The translations under genes were made by a program, and so were the position numbers. The notes beneath the pieces were generated by a model. The model made no database searches, had not been told where the DNA came from, and saw only the letters and a program-made list of their open reading frames with translations. A DNA stretch of 64,000 bases from Smithellaceae bacterium (GTDB lineage Bacteria; Desulfobacterota; Syntrophia; Syntrophales; Smithellaceae). Every line of letters begins with the position of its first letter. Within the stretch, counting starts at the first letter, position 1. Of this stretch, positions 56,310-64,000 are shown one piece after another. The stretch is from the NCBI GenBank assembly GCA_963667845.2, contig CAXXVL010000002.1, positions 2,048,001 to 2,112,000 on the forward strand. The letters run 5' to 3'.

Positions 56310-57557
56310 GTGACGGGAAAAACGCTTATCTTGGGCTATGACGCCGTTTCTTCTCTGGGGACGGATTTGGACACGCAGTGGCAGCGCGCTTCACGCGGCG
56401 AAAGCGGCATCGGGCCGCTGACCCGGTTTCCGCTCACCGACGATTTTCCCGTCAGGGTGGCAGGCGAGGTGGACGACATCGACGTCAAACCTTATCCGTT
56501 TCTGCAGCCGCGCGAAATGGCGCATTGGACCTCGCCCATCTTCAAATATGCGCTTCTGGTGGTCCACCGGGCGCTCGCACGAAGCGGCGTGGAGGTGACG
56601 CCCGACATCGCGCCGCGCGTGGCGATTACGTTCAGCTCCGCCGTCGGCGGACTGGACGCGGTTTTAAAAGCGGACCGCCAGCTGATTGCCGAAAATAAAA
56701 TGCCGCACCCTTTTGCCAATCCCAATTCCTGCATCAACATGGTCGGCGGCAAAGTGTCGATCCTGACCGGGGCGACCGGTCCGATCACTGCGACCATCAC
56801 GGCCTGCGCCACGGGGATCACATCCATGATTATCGGCGACATGATGATCCGGCGGAACCTGGCGGATGTCGTCATTGCCGGCGCTGTTGATTTTCCGCTG
56901 GTGGAGCCGATTATCGCCGGCTTTGCGACGATGAATGGTGCCTACCGCCCGAAGGAAGGTCAGCCCCATGAAGAGCCTGAAAAAATCAGCCGGCCTTTTT
57001 CGGAAAATCGCCGCGGATTTGTCGTGTCGGAAGGCGCGGGATCAATCATCCTTGCCTCCGAGGCTTTTGCAAAGGCGCACGGTCTTCGAGGTAAAATCGA
57101 AATGGCAGGTTCTGCCATGACGTCGGACGCAAGCCACTTCGTGGCGCCCAATCTTCCGACCGTCGAGCGCTGTATCGACCTGGCCGTCCGCGACGCCGGG
57201 CTCACGCCCGAGGACGTTGATGCCGTCAACGCTCACGCGACATCAACCAAAATCGGGGATAGGGTAGAAGCCGACGCCCTGCATCATATCTTCGGCGAAA
57301 GGGTTCCGCCGGCGTCGGCCAATAAGTCGTTTCTCGGACACGCGATGGGCGCGTCTTCCGCTGTTGAGACGATTCTGGCCATGGAGGGGATGCTCCGGGA
57401 CACCCTCCTGCCGACGATCAATTACTCGGCCGACCCCCTCCTGCCGATCGATTGTGTTTCCGAAGGGGCAAGGACCCTCAAGCAGGAGTTTGTCCTGAAA
57501 AATGCATTCGGTTTCGGCGGCTGTAATTCGTGTTTGATCTTGCGCCGGATCGCTTGA
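56310..57557 (+). CDS. fabF: Beta-ketoacyl-ACP synthase II-like (KS1)
   Basis: TACATG, NAHATST, NKSFLGH, NAFGFGG. Confidence 0.92.
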   Translation: MTGKTLILGYDAVSSLGTDLDTQWQRASRGESGIGPLTRFPLTDDFPVRVAGEVDDIDVKPYPFLQPREMAHWTSPIFKYALLVVHRALARSGVEVTPDIAPRVAITFSSAVGGLDAVLKADRQLIAENKMPHPFANPNSCINMVGGKVSILTGATGPITATITACATGITSMIIGDMMIRRNLADVVIAGAVDFPLVEPIIAGFATMNGAYRPKEGQPHEEPEKISRPFSENRRGFVVSEGAGSIILASEAFAKAHGLRGKIEMAGSAMTSDASHFVAPNLPTVERCIDLAVRDAGLTPEDVDAVNAHATSTKIGDRVEADALHHIFGERVPPASANKSFLGHAMGASSAVETILAMEGMLRDTLLPTINYSADPLLPIDCVSEGARTLKQEFVLKNAFGFGGCNSCLILRRIA

Positions 57558-57574
57558 CGACTATAAGGTAAAGT

Positions 57575-58840
57575 ATGAGACCTCCCAAAAATCGCAGAGT
57601 ATTTGTGGTCGGCTACGGCGCCGCCACGCCGCTCGGCAGCACATTCGAAAAAACCTGGCAGCGCGCGGTCAAAGGCGAAGCGGGCTTTCGCAAGGTGACC
57701 CGCTGCAAGGTGGAATCCGCCTGTGACATCGTGGGTGAAATCCCCGACTGGTTTCCGCTGGAACTCGATTTCACCGATGCCAAGGAAGTATACAACTGGA
57801 ACGCAGCGTTTGTGATCTTAACCATGGCGGTCTGCAAGGAAGCGCTGGCCGATGCCGGCATTACGATGGATGATACCATCGCGCCCAGGATGGCCTGTTT
57901 CATCGGATCGGCGCTCAACGGGTCCGATGCTTACCGGGTGGCCATGCATGACCTCGAACACCGCGGCCCGCTCCGGGTCAGTCCTTATCTGCTGCCGAAC
58001 TTGTGCGCCAACCTGCCGTCCGGCAAAGCAGGCATGCTCTTGAAATTCACGGGGCCGATTTTTTCACCGCAGGGCGCCTGCGCATCGGGCAATCACGCCA
58101 TGGGCATCGGGGCGCGGATGATCCGTGACGGGGATTGTGATTTCGTTCTGGCGGGCGGGGCCGACGCGCCGATTCTTCCGGAGTTGATCCATGGCTTCGC
58201 CAACATGAACGCCACGATTAAGGTCCACTCGGATGACCGGGCCTCCGGCGATTACGCTCAGGCCTCCAGGCCTTTCAGTGTTGACCGCAAAGGGTTCGTG
58301 CTGTCCGAAGGAGCGGGCGTTGTTGTTCTGGCCGCGGAAGAGGTCGTGAAGGCGCACGGCCTGACGCCTCGCGCCGAAATTCTGGGCGTAGGATGGACAT
58401 CGGATGCCCATCACTATACCAGTCCCAATCCGGTGACGATCATCCGGGCGCTTCGGGAAACCATCGAGGATGCCGGCTTAAAGCCCGCGGACATCCGGTA
58501 TGTCAATGCCCACGGAACCTCCACGCCAAAAGGCGACAAGACGGAAGTCAAGTGCCTGCGCGAGGTCTTCGGCAAAGGCATCGAGAAGATTCCTATATCG
58601 TCCAATAAATCCCAGCTGGGCCACACCCTGGGCGCGACGGCCGCCATTGAAGCGGCGCTGACCATTGAAGGCATGCGGCAGGGTATTATTCTGCCGACCA
58701 TCAACTACCTGCCGGACCCGGAATTTGCGGATATTGACGTCGTGCCGAACGCCGCACGCAGGCAAAAATATGAGATCGCGCTTTCCAACGCTTTTGGATT
58801 CGGCGGAACGAACTGCTGCGTGATCTTCCGGGGGGTCTGA
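57575..58840 (+). CDS. fabF: Beta-ketoacyl-ACP synthase II-like (KS2)
   Basis: GACASG, NAHGTST, NKSQLGH, NAFGFGG. Confidence 0.92.
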   Translation: MRPPKNRRVFVVGYGAATPLGSTFEKTWQRAVKGEAGFRKVTRCKVESACDIVGEIPDWFPLELDFTDAKEVYNWNAAFVILTMAVCKEALADAGITMDDTIAPRMACFIGSALNGSDAYRVAMHDLEHRGPLRVSPYLLPNLCANLPSGKAGMLLKFTGPIFSPQGACASGNHAMGIGARMIRDGDCDFVLAGGADAPILPELIHGFANMNATIKVHSDDRASGDYAQASRPFSVDRKGFVLSEGAGVVVLAAEEVVKAHGLTPRAEILGVGWTSDAHHYTSPNPVTIIRALRETIEDAGLKPADIRYVNAHGTSTPKGDKTEVKCLREVFGKGIEKIPISSNKSQLGHTLGATAAIEAALTIEGMRQGIILPTINYLPDPEFADIDVVPNAARRQKYEIALSNAFGFGGTNCCVIFRGV

Positions 58841-58841
58841 T

Positions 58842-59327
58842 ATGAAACCGAAACCGTTTGTGCCCGAAGCGTATGAGGAAGACGAGCGATTTGTCCGGGA
58901 CCGGACGACCGGACTCGTCTGGCATCGGGCCCAGTATCGCGTGCTGTATGCCGATACGGATCGCTCGCAGGTCGTTTATCATTCCAACTATCTCCGCTAT
59001 TTTGAGTTCGGGCGCACGTCGCTCATGCGCGACGCCGCTTACCCGTACAAAGAAATCGAAGAAAGCGGCTACGTCTATCCCATCTATGACCTGGGCGTAT
59101 CCTTTTATCAGTCTCTTTTTTACGATGACGTCATGCAGATCCATACCCGGCCGGTGAATCTGGAGCGCGTGAGGCTCCAGTTCGATTACGTGATCACCCA
59201 TGCGGAAAAAGGCTATCTGGTATGCACGGGGTTTACCAAACACTGTGCGGCCAATACAACCGGCCGGCCGGTGGCGGTGGATCCGAAGACGGTGAGACTA
59301 TGGCAGACCTTCCCGGGCAGAGTATGA
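58842..59327 (+). CDS. Acyl-CoA/ACP thioesterase (YbgC-like)
   Basis: RVLYADTD..VVYHSNYLRYFE.GR. Confidence 0.9.
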   Translation: MKPKPFVPEAYEEDERFVRDRTTGLVWHRAQYRVLYADTDRSQVVYHSNYLRYFEFGRTSLMRDAAYPYKEIEESGYVYPIYDLGVSFYQSLFYDDVMQIHTRPVNLERVRLQFDYVITHAEKGYLVCTGFTKHCAANTTGRPVAVDPKTVRLWQTFPGRV

Positions 59328-60199
59328 GACACCGCTTCGGGTACGCGCTTTCGACCAGGCCCTATCTGCGTGACCATTCTTTTGAAGGGAAGGCCGTTTA
59401 CCCCGCGGTGGAAGCCCTGATCACGCTGGCCCGGGCCGTCCAAGACCATTTCCCCGACGCAAATCTCCCAAGCCAGGCCTGCGCGCAATTTCCCAGGATG
59501 CTGGTCATCGATCCCGTCTCTGAAGCGCTCGATGTGCAAATTGAAATCGAGGCGTCGCCGGGGGGCATCAACGCCTCGCTTTTGACATTGCTGCACGGCA
59601 AAAACAGCGCCATCGTGAGAGCCCTGGAACACGCGCGGGTCACCTTTGTGCAGGAGGCCGCCCCGCCCCGGCCAGCGATCTCCTGGCGATCCCTTCGGAA
59701 ACTGGGTGGTGAGTGCATTCATGTTCCCGCCGTTTCGATTTATCGGGAATTAATTCCGTTCGGATTATCGTATCAAAATATTATCGGAGATCTTTCCGTT
59801 TCGGTAGGCGGAGCACTCGCGGAAATTACGGGCGGGGGCGGCGAGGCCGACGACTCGCTTCTGGGATCGCCTTTTGTGCTCGATGCCGCGATGCATGCGG
59901 CCTGCGTCTGGGGACAGCGGTTTACGGACATTGTTTCTTTTCCCGTCGGCATCGACAGGCGGATCATTTATGCGCCGACGAAAAAAGGCGAGTCGTATCT
60001 GGCGTGCATAAAACCTGTGGAGACGAGCGGTGAACCTCTGGTCTTTGACGTCTGGATTTTTGCTCAGAATGGTATAATGTGTGAAAGCATCACCGGTCTT
60101 CACATGCGTGACGTTACACAAGGGCGCATGCGGCCGCCGCGATGGATACAGGAAGGGATATGGAAAAAATCATCATCATCTGCCTTGGAGCATACCTGA
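59324..60199 (+). CDS. Stand-alone PKS-type (double hotdog) dehydratase domain protein
   Basis: YLRDHSFEGKAVYPA (HxxxGxxxxP), FG.SYQ, PFVLDAAMH; ATGA overlap with the upstream gene. Confidence 0.85.
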   Translation: MRHRFGYALSTRPYLRDHSFEGKAVYPAVEALITLARAVQDHFPDANLPSQACAQFPRMLVIDPVSEALDVQIEIEASPGGINASLLTLLHGKNSAIVRALEHARVTFVQEAAPPRPAISWRSLRKLGGECIHVPAVSIYRELIPFGLSYQNIIGDLSVSVGGALAEITGGGGEADDSLLGSPFVLDAAMHAACVWGQRFTDIVSFPVGIDRRIIYAPTKKGESYLACIKPVETSGEPLVFDVWIFAQNGIMCESITGLHMRDVTQGRMRPPRWIQEGIWKKSSSSALEHT

Positions 60200-60753
60200 T
60201 CGGCTCCATTAATTTTGCGATCGTGTTCTTTAAAATTACGGGCAGAGCCGATCCGCGCCTTAGTTACAGCGGCAACGCCGGGACCACCAATGTATACCGG
60301 CAGGCGGGCCTGCCGCGGGCCGTGCTGATTTTTATTCTGGATATCGGCCGGGCGCTGGCTGTGGCGGCGATTGGCACACATTTTCTCTACGGCCCCTGGC
60401 TTCCCTGGGCGGGCTTTTTTCTGGTCCTGGGCAACAGCTTTCCCTGCTTTCACGGATTTCGCGGCGGCAAAGGAGTGGCCAATTATCTCGGATTCACACT
60501 GCTTGTCGCACCCTGGGCCGCGCTCGTCTCCGCAATCATCTGGGTTCTGATTTACTACGGGATCAAACGCGTGCCGTTCATCGCCTCTTTCTTCATGGTG
60601 GCCGTTCTGGCGCTGGGCAATGCTTATCCGTTTCAATGGGCATTGACCGCTTCACTGGGGGCGCTGGCAACGTTTGTCCTGATCGTTTTTAATCACCGGC
60701 GCAATCTGCTGGACTTTCGGAAAAGCAACCAGACGGCAAAGCAGAACACCTGA
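60160..60753 (+). CDS. plsY: Glycerol-3-phosphate acyltransferase PlsY
   Basis: YLIGSI, SGNAGTTN, FRGGKGVA, HRRN motifs. Confidence 0.92.
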   Translation: MEKIIIICLGAYLIGSINFAIVFFKITGRADPRLSYSGNAGTTNVYRQAGLPRAVLIFILDIGRALAVAAIGTHFLYGPWLPWAGFFLVLGNSFPCFHGFRGGKGVANYLGFTLLVAPWAALVSAIIWVLIYYGIKRVPFIASFFMVAVLALGNAYPFQWALTASLGALATFVLIVFNHRRNLLDFRKSNQTAKQNT

Positions 60754-60762
60754 CGGCACAAT

Positions 60763-61026
60763 TTACAGAACCAGCTTTACGGCGTGATGCGCTTTCAGAG
60801 CTTCATATAAAGCGGTCCGGTGGGATTCACTCTCTACGGTAAGCTCCACGTTCAGAGAAACGTATTTAGCCGTTTCGCTTTCACGCGACAACGATATTCT
60901 GCACGAACGATCCTGGACGATGTCATAAATTGCGTTTCTCATTTGATCCTGATCCGTCCCGAAGACCTTATAAATCCATAAGCACGGATACTTTAATTGA
61001 AGTTTTTGCTTTCTAGTATTGATCAT
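60763..61026 (-). CDS. YbeD/DUF493 family protein
   Basis: YPC.W.YKVFG...S...KYVSL...VKLVL. Confidence 0.85.
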   Translation of the reverse strand: MINTRKQKLQLKYPCLWIYKVFGTDQDQMRNAIYDIVQDRSCRISLSRESETAKYVSLNVELTVESESHRTALYEALKAHHAVKLVL

Positions 61027-61210
61027 GATTTCACTATTCTTTTCCCCAAACCCGTCTTGTTTTGAAACTTAAATTAGTGAAGGCGTTAAACAGAGTCAAG
61101 GGGTTTCTCGGTCTGCCGGTTTTTAGAATTCACTTTGACAAGGTATGGCTACTCTGGTAATAATTCCCCCGTAATATCACTTATTGAAAGAGGCATTGTA
61201 AGGAGGCCGT

Positions 61211-62143
61211 ATGCTGAAAAAATCAAATTCCGCACCATTAAGAAATTATTGTTTAATGTCTATTGTCCTGATGATTACTGTCATGTTTGTTGTGGGAATG
61301 GGTGTCACGCCGGCGCAGGCCGCGAAGAAGGCTGATGTGCAGAAAAGCATTGCGCCGCTCGTGGATATCAATAGTGCAACACAGAAAGAATTGGAGGATG
61401 TCAAAGGCGTAGGCCCGGCGACTGCGAAAAAAATAATTGCCGGCCGGCCCTACAAATCCGTTGATGAACTCTCCAGGGCGGGACTCAGTGCGAAAGCTAT
61501 CGACGCAATGAAGCCCTTTGTCACAGTCAGCAAGGTGCAGGCAGCCCCTGTGACCGCAGCAGCCGCCAAAGCAACATCAGCGATAACGGATAAGAAAGCT
61601 GAAGCGCAGAAAGGAATCGCAGGCGGGTTGGTGGACATTAACAGCGCCTCTGAAAAAGAGCTGGAGGCTGTCAAGGGGGTAGGTCCGGCCACCGCGAAAA
61701 AAATTGTCGCCAATCGTCCTTATCAATCCGTAGATGACCTTTCGAAAGCGGGACTTAAGCCCAAAACAATTGAAGCATTGAGGCCTTTTGTTGCAGTTGG
61801 CAAGGCCCAAGCCGCTCCCATAGCCGCATCAGCGGCGAAAGCAGCGACCAAGGCAGCGGCGCCGGTATCGGCGGCGGCGACGGATGTGACCGGTGCGGCA
61901 AAAGAAGTGAAGGCGACCTCTAAATCGGCTTCCGCGAGCGCAGCGAAACTTGCTCCGGGCACGAAAATCAATATTAATACGGCGGATCAGGCGACCCTGG
62001 AGAAACTTCCGGAAATCGGTCCCGTAAAGGCTAAAGCCATCATTGACGGCAGACCTTATAAGACCGTTGAAGACGTCATGAAAGTCAAAGGCATTAAAGG
62101 AAAGACATTTGATGTCATCAAGGATTTTATTGTTGTCAAATAA
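61211..62143 (+). CDS. ComEA-like protein with three helix-hairpin-helix domains
   Basis: Three copies of [VD/IN]IN.A....LE....[V/I]GP..A..I...RPY..V; signal peptide; Ala/Lys linkers. Confidence 0.9.
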   Translation: MLKKSNSAPLRNYCLMSIVLMITVMFVVGMGVTPAQAAKKADVQKSIAPLVDINSATQKELEDVKGVGPATAKKIIAGRPYKSVDELSRAGLSAKAIDAMKPFVTVSKVQAAPVTAAAAKATSAITDKKAEAQKGIAGGLVDINSASEKELEAVKGVGPATAKKIVANRPYQSVDDLSKAGLKPKTIEALRPFVAVGKAQAAPIAASAAKAATKAAAPVSAAATDVTGAAKEVKATSKSASASAAKLAPGTKININTADQATLEKLPEIGPVKAKAIIDGRPYKTVEDVMKVKGIKGKTFDVIKDFIVVK

Positions 62144-62179
62144 GATTTGCACACACTAACCTGTAAAGGAGGAAGTAGG

Positions 62180-62479
62180 ATGAGAAAAGTTTTATTTTTA
62201 GTATGCGCGTTTCTATTGGTTGCCACAATGGCGTTTGCCGCAGGACCCAAAACATATCAGGTCACCGGGCCGGTTCTGGAAATCAAAGGGGATATCATCG
62301 TTGTTCAAAAAGATACCGATAAATGGGAAGTGGCTAAAGATGCCGCGACGAAGGTTACCGGTGATCTGAAGGTAGGTTCGAAAGTCACCATTGAATACAC
62401 GATGACGGCAAAGAAGATTGAGGTTAAAGAAGACAAGAAGGCGGACGCCAAAAAAGCGGATGCCAAAAAGAAAAAATAG
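62180..62479 (+). CDS. Small secreted hypothetical protein (OB-fold-like)
   Basis: AGGAGG RBS; signal peptide AFA; TYQVTGPVLE...LKVGSKVTIEY. Confidence 0.8.
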   Translation: MRKVLFLVCAFLLVATMAFAAGPKTYQVTGPVLEIKGDIIVVQKDTDKWEVAKDAATKVTGDLKVGSKVTIEYTMTAKKIEVKEDKKADAKKADAKKKK

Positions 62480-62499
62480 GATAGTATCATTAATACCGG

Positions 62500-62550
62500 A
62501 ATGAGGGGCCGCTCCCTGTCGGAAAGACGGCGGGGGCGGCCCTTTTCATT
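62500..62550 (+). terminator. Intrinsic terminator
   Basis: GGGCCGC...GCGGCCC stem followed by TTTT. Confidence 0.7.
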
Positions 62551-62571
62551 TACAGAACCGGGAGATTGACG

Positions 62572-62981
62572 ATGGGTTTATTTGACGAAGTTGTATCAAT
62601 TGTCGGGAAGCAGCTGGGCGGCGGCGGGCAGAACAGCTTGATGGAGCAGGCCATTGCTGTGATTAACAACCCTGAAACAGGCGGCCTGCAAGGGCTGATA
62701 GAAAAATTTCAGCCGGTGGCCTGGGAGAAATCGTATCATCATGGATCGGTACGGGGGCAAACCAGCCTGTTTCCGCCGAGCAGATCGTCGATGCTCTGGG
62801 TTCGGAAAAGATTAAGGAGCTTGCCTTGCAGGCGGGTATACCGGAGAGCCAGGTATCGGACAGCCTGGCCGGTCTTCTGCCCCGGATCATCGATCAACTG
62901 ACCCCCAATGGTCAGATGCCGGAAGGGAATGCGCTTGTCGAGAGCATCGGTGCGCTGGCCGGAAAATTCCTGAAAGGATGA
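62572..62981 (+). pseudogene. YidB/DUF937 family gene with a one-base frameshift
   Basis: MGLFD...GGLQGLIEKFQ continues in another frame at 62712 as AGGLGEIVSSWIGTGANQPVS...LPRIIDQLTPNG...KG*. Confidence 0.85.
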
Positions 62982-63145
62982 TCCATTCCTGCCGACGAAC
63001 CTGTATCGCACGCAAGCCTGATCAGATCCCTTTTGCCGTGGATACCCATGAAGTCTTTCCGGAATGCCTTCCCCAGAAGGGGAGGTGATTCCCGGGAGCA
63101 TACAAGCCTCTGAGCCGAGCGGTTCAGCAAACATCATTGCCGATT

Positions 63146-63200
63146 GAAAAAGGCTGATTAAGAAGTTTATCCTTCCTCTTCTTAATCAGCCTTCGTTTTC
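63146..63200. terminator. Bidirectional intrinsic terminator
   Basis: AAGGCTGATTAAGAAG / CTTCTTAATCAGCCTT 16-bp stem between convergent genes. Confidence 0.8.
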
Positions 63201-63324
63201 AATCCCGCTTGAGCGGAACGAGCGTTAATTCCCTGTCGCTTGCTGCGAAATTCATTTCATGCCTCGACAGCTCGCTGCGAGGTGGTTGATTTGATACGGA
63301 TATGCGATATTTTGCACGCAGGGC

Positions 63325-64000
63325 TTAAGGCAAGGGCGCTGCGGTGCCCGGCGTCAGAGCGCCGGTGGTCTGATTGATGGTATAGACCGAAATATTGCTG
63401 GAACCCGCGTTCAACGTATAGGCAAATCTTCCTAGCGGATCAATTGTAAAAGCATAGGGATTTGTTCCGGCGGCAAACGGCGTTCCGGTAAGCAGTGTCA
63501 GGGCTCCCGTGCCTGTGTCGGGGGGAGTGATCGTATCGATGGAATAGGCGTAGATATCATTGGAGGTATAATTTGCCGCATAGGCGTACTTGCCCCGCAA
63601 GGCAGCGGTTGTCGCGGTATTCGGGATAATCGAAAAGACGGATGGATTTAATCCCGTGGTCACGGCGGTTCCCGCTATTAACCCTCCGCTGAGTTGATCG
63701 ACGATGAAGGGCGAGATGATGTTGCCGTCGTAATTTGCCGTATAGACGAATCTACCTGATGGATCAAGGATTGGAGCCTTTGGGGTCGCTCCGGTTACAA
63801 GCGCTATTCCCGCAGTCAGATTGCCGGTAACCGAATCAATGGCGAAGGGGAATATCGTGTTCTGAGCCGTATTGGTTGTATAGGCAAATTGCTTGGGGCC
63901 GGGGATGGTAGCTATCGCAACGGCAGTGGGATTAATGCCGGTTGTAGCCGCAGTCCCGGCGACCAAAGCTCCGGTCGTTTGATCGATGGTGTAGACAGAG
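63325..64000 (-). CDS. Lactonase-family beta-propeller protein (5' end outside window)
   Basis: Repeated DP.GRF.Y..N....IS...I...TG.L blades; frame open to the window edge. Confidence 0.85.
   Translation of the reverse strand, partial: SVYTIDQTTGALVAGTAATTGINPTAVAIATIPGPKQFAYTTNTAQNTIFPFAIDSVTGNLTAGIALVTGATPKAPILDPSGRFVYTANYDGNIISPFIVDQLSGGLIAGTAVTTGLNPSVFSIIPNTATTAALRGKYAYAANYTSNDIYAYSIDTITPPDTGTGALTLLTGTPFAAGTNPYAFTIDPLGRFAYTLNAGSSNISVYTINQTTGALTPGTAAPLP

Noticed and set aside
63226..63292. Possible IS200/IS605-end-like GCTTGCTGCG hairpin remnants
   Set aside because: Too degenerate to support from this window alone.

Overview
Bacterial chromosomal window, probably from an anaerobic deltaproteobacterium (Syntrophales-like; this is inferred from gene content only). 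In order it contains: a partial metallophosphoesterase-nucleotidyltransferase fusion missed by the ORF track, an MFS transporter, a Sel1/Ser-Thr kinase/PP2C/double-FHA signalling cluster, feoAB, a Cys-type Tat-exported formate dehydrogenase operon followed by a duplicated beta-barrel protein, copZA, a CotH lipoprotein, TetR plus alkyl sulfatase, and an AmmeMemo B-A fusion. Two regions stand out. (1) An AT-richer island at about 38.66-43.88 kb reads as an integron cassette array with no integrase in the window: one intact attC, several decayed attC sites and complementary cassette core sites. It carries a SIR2 / TIR-or-NDT-like / HEPN fusion and a RelBE-type toxin-antitoxin pair. It has been invaded by a HUH (RAYT-like) transposon with perfect 22-bp inverted repeats that splits a MaoC gene. 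A 39-bp miniature and two end-like hairpins of the same element sit at cassette boundaries. (2) A type II fatty-acid-synthase cluster at about 49-60.8 kb with three radical SAM enzymes, two ACPs, two ketosynthases, dehydratases, a thioesterase and PlsY, resembling 'ladderane-type' lipid clusters of unknown product. No rRNA, tRNA or CRISPR array was seen. All calls come from motif recognition by eye; no searches were run.
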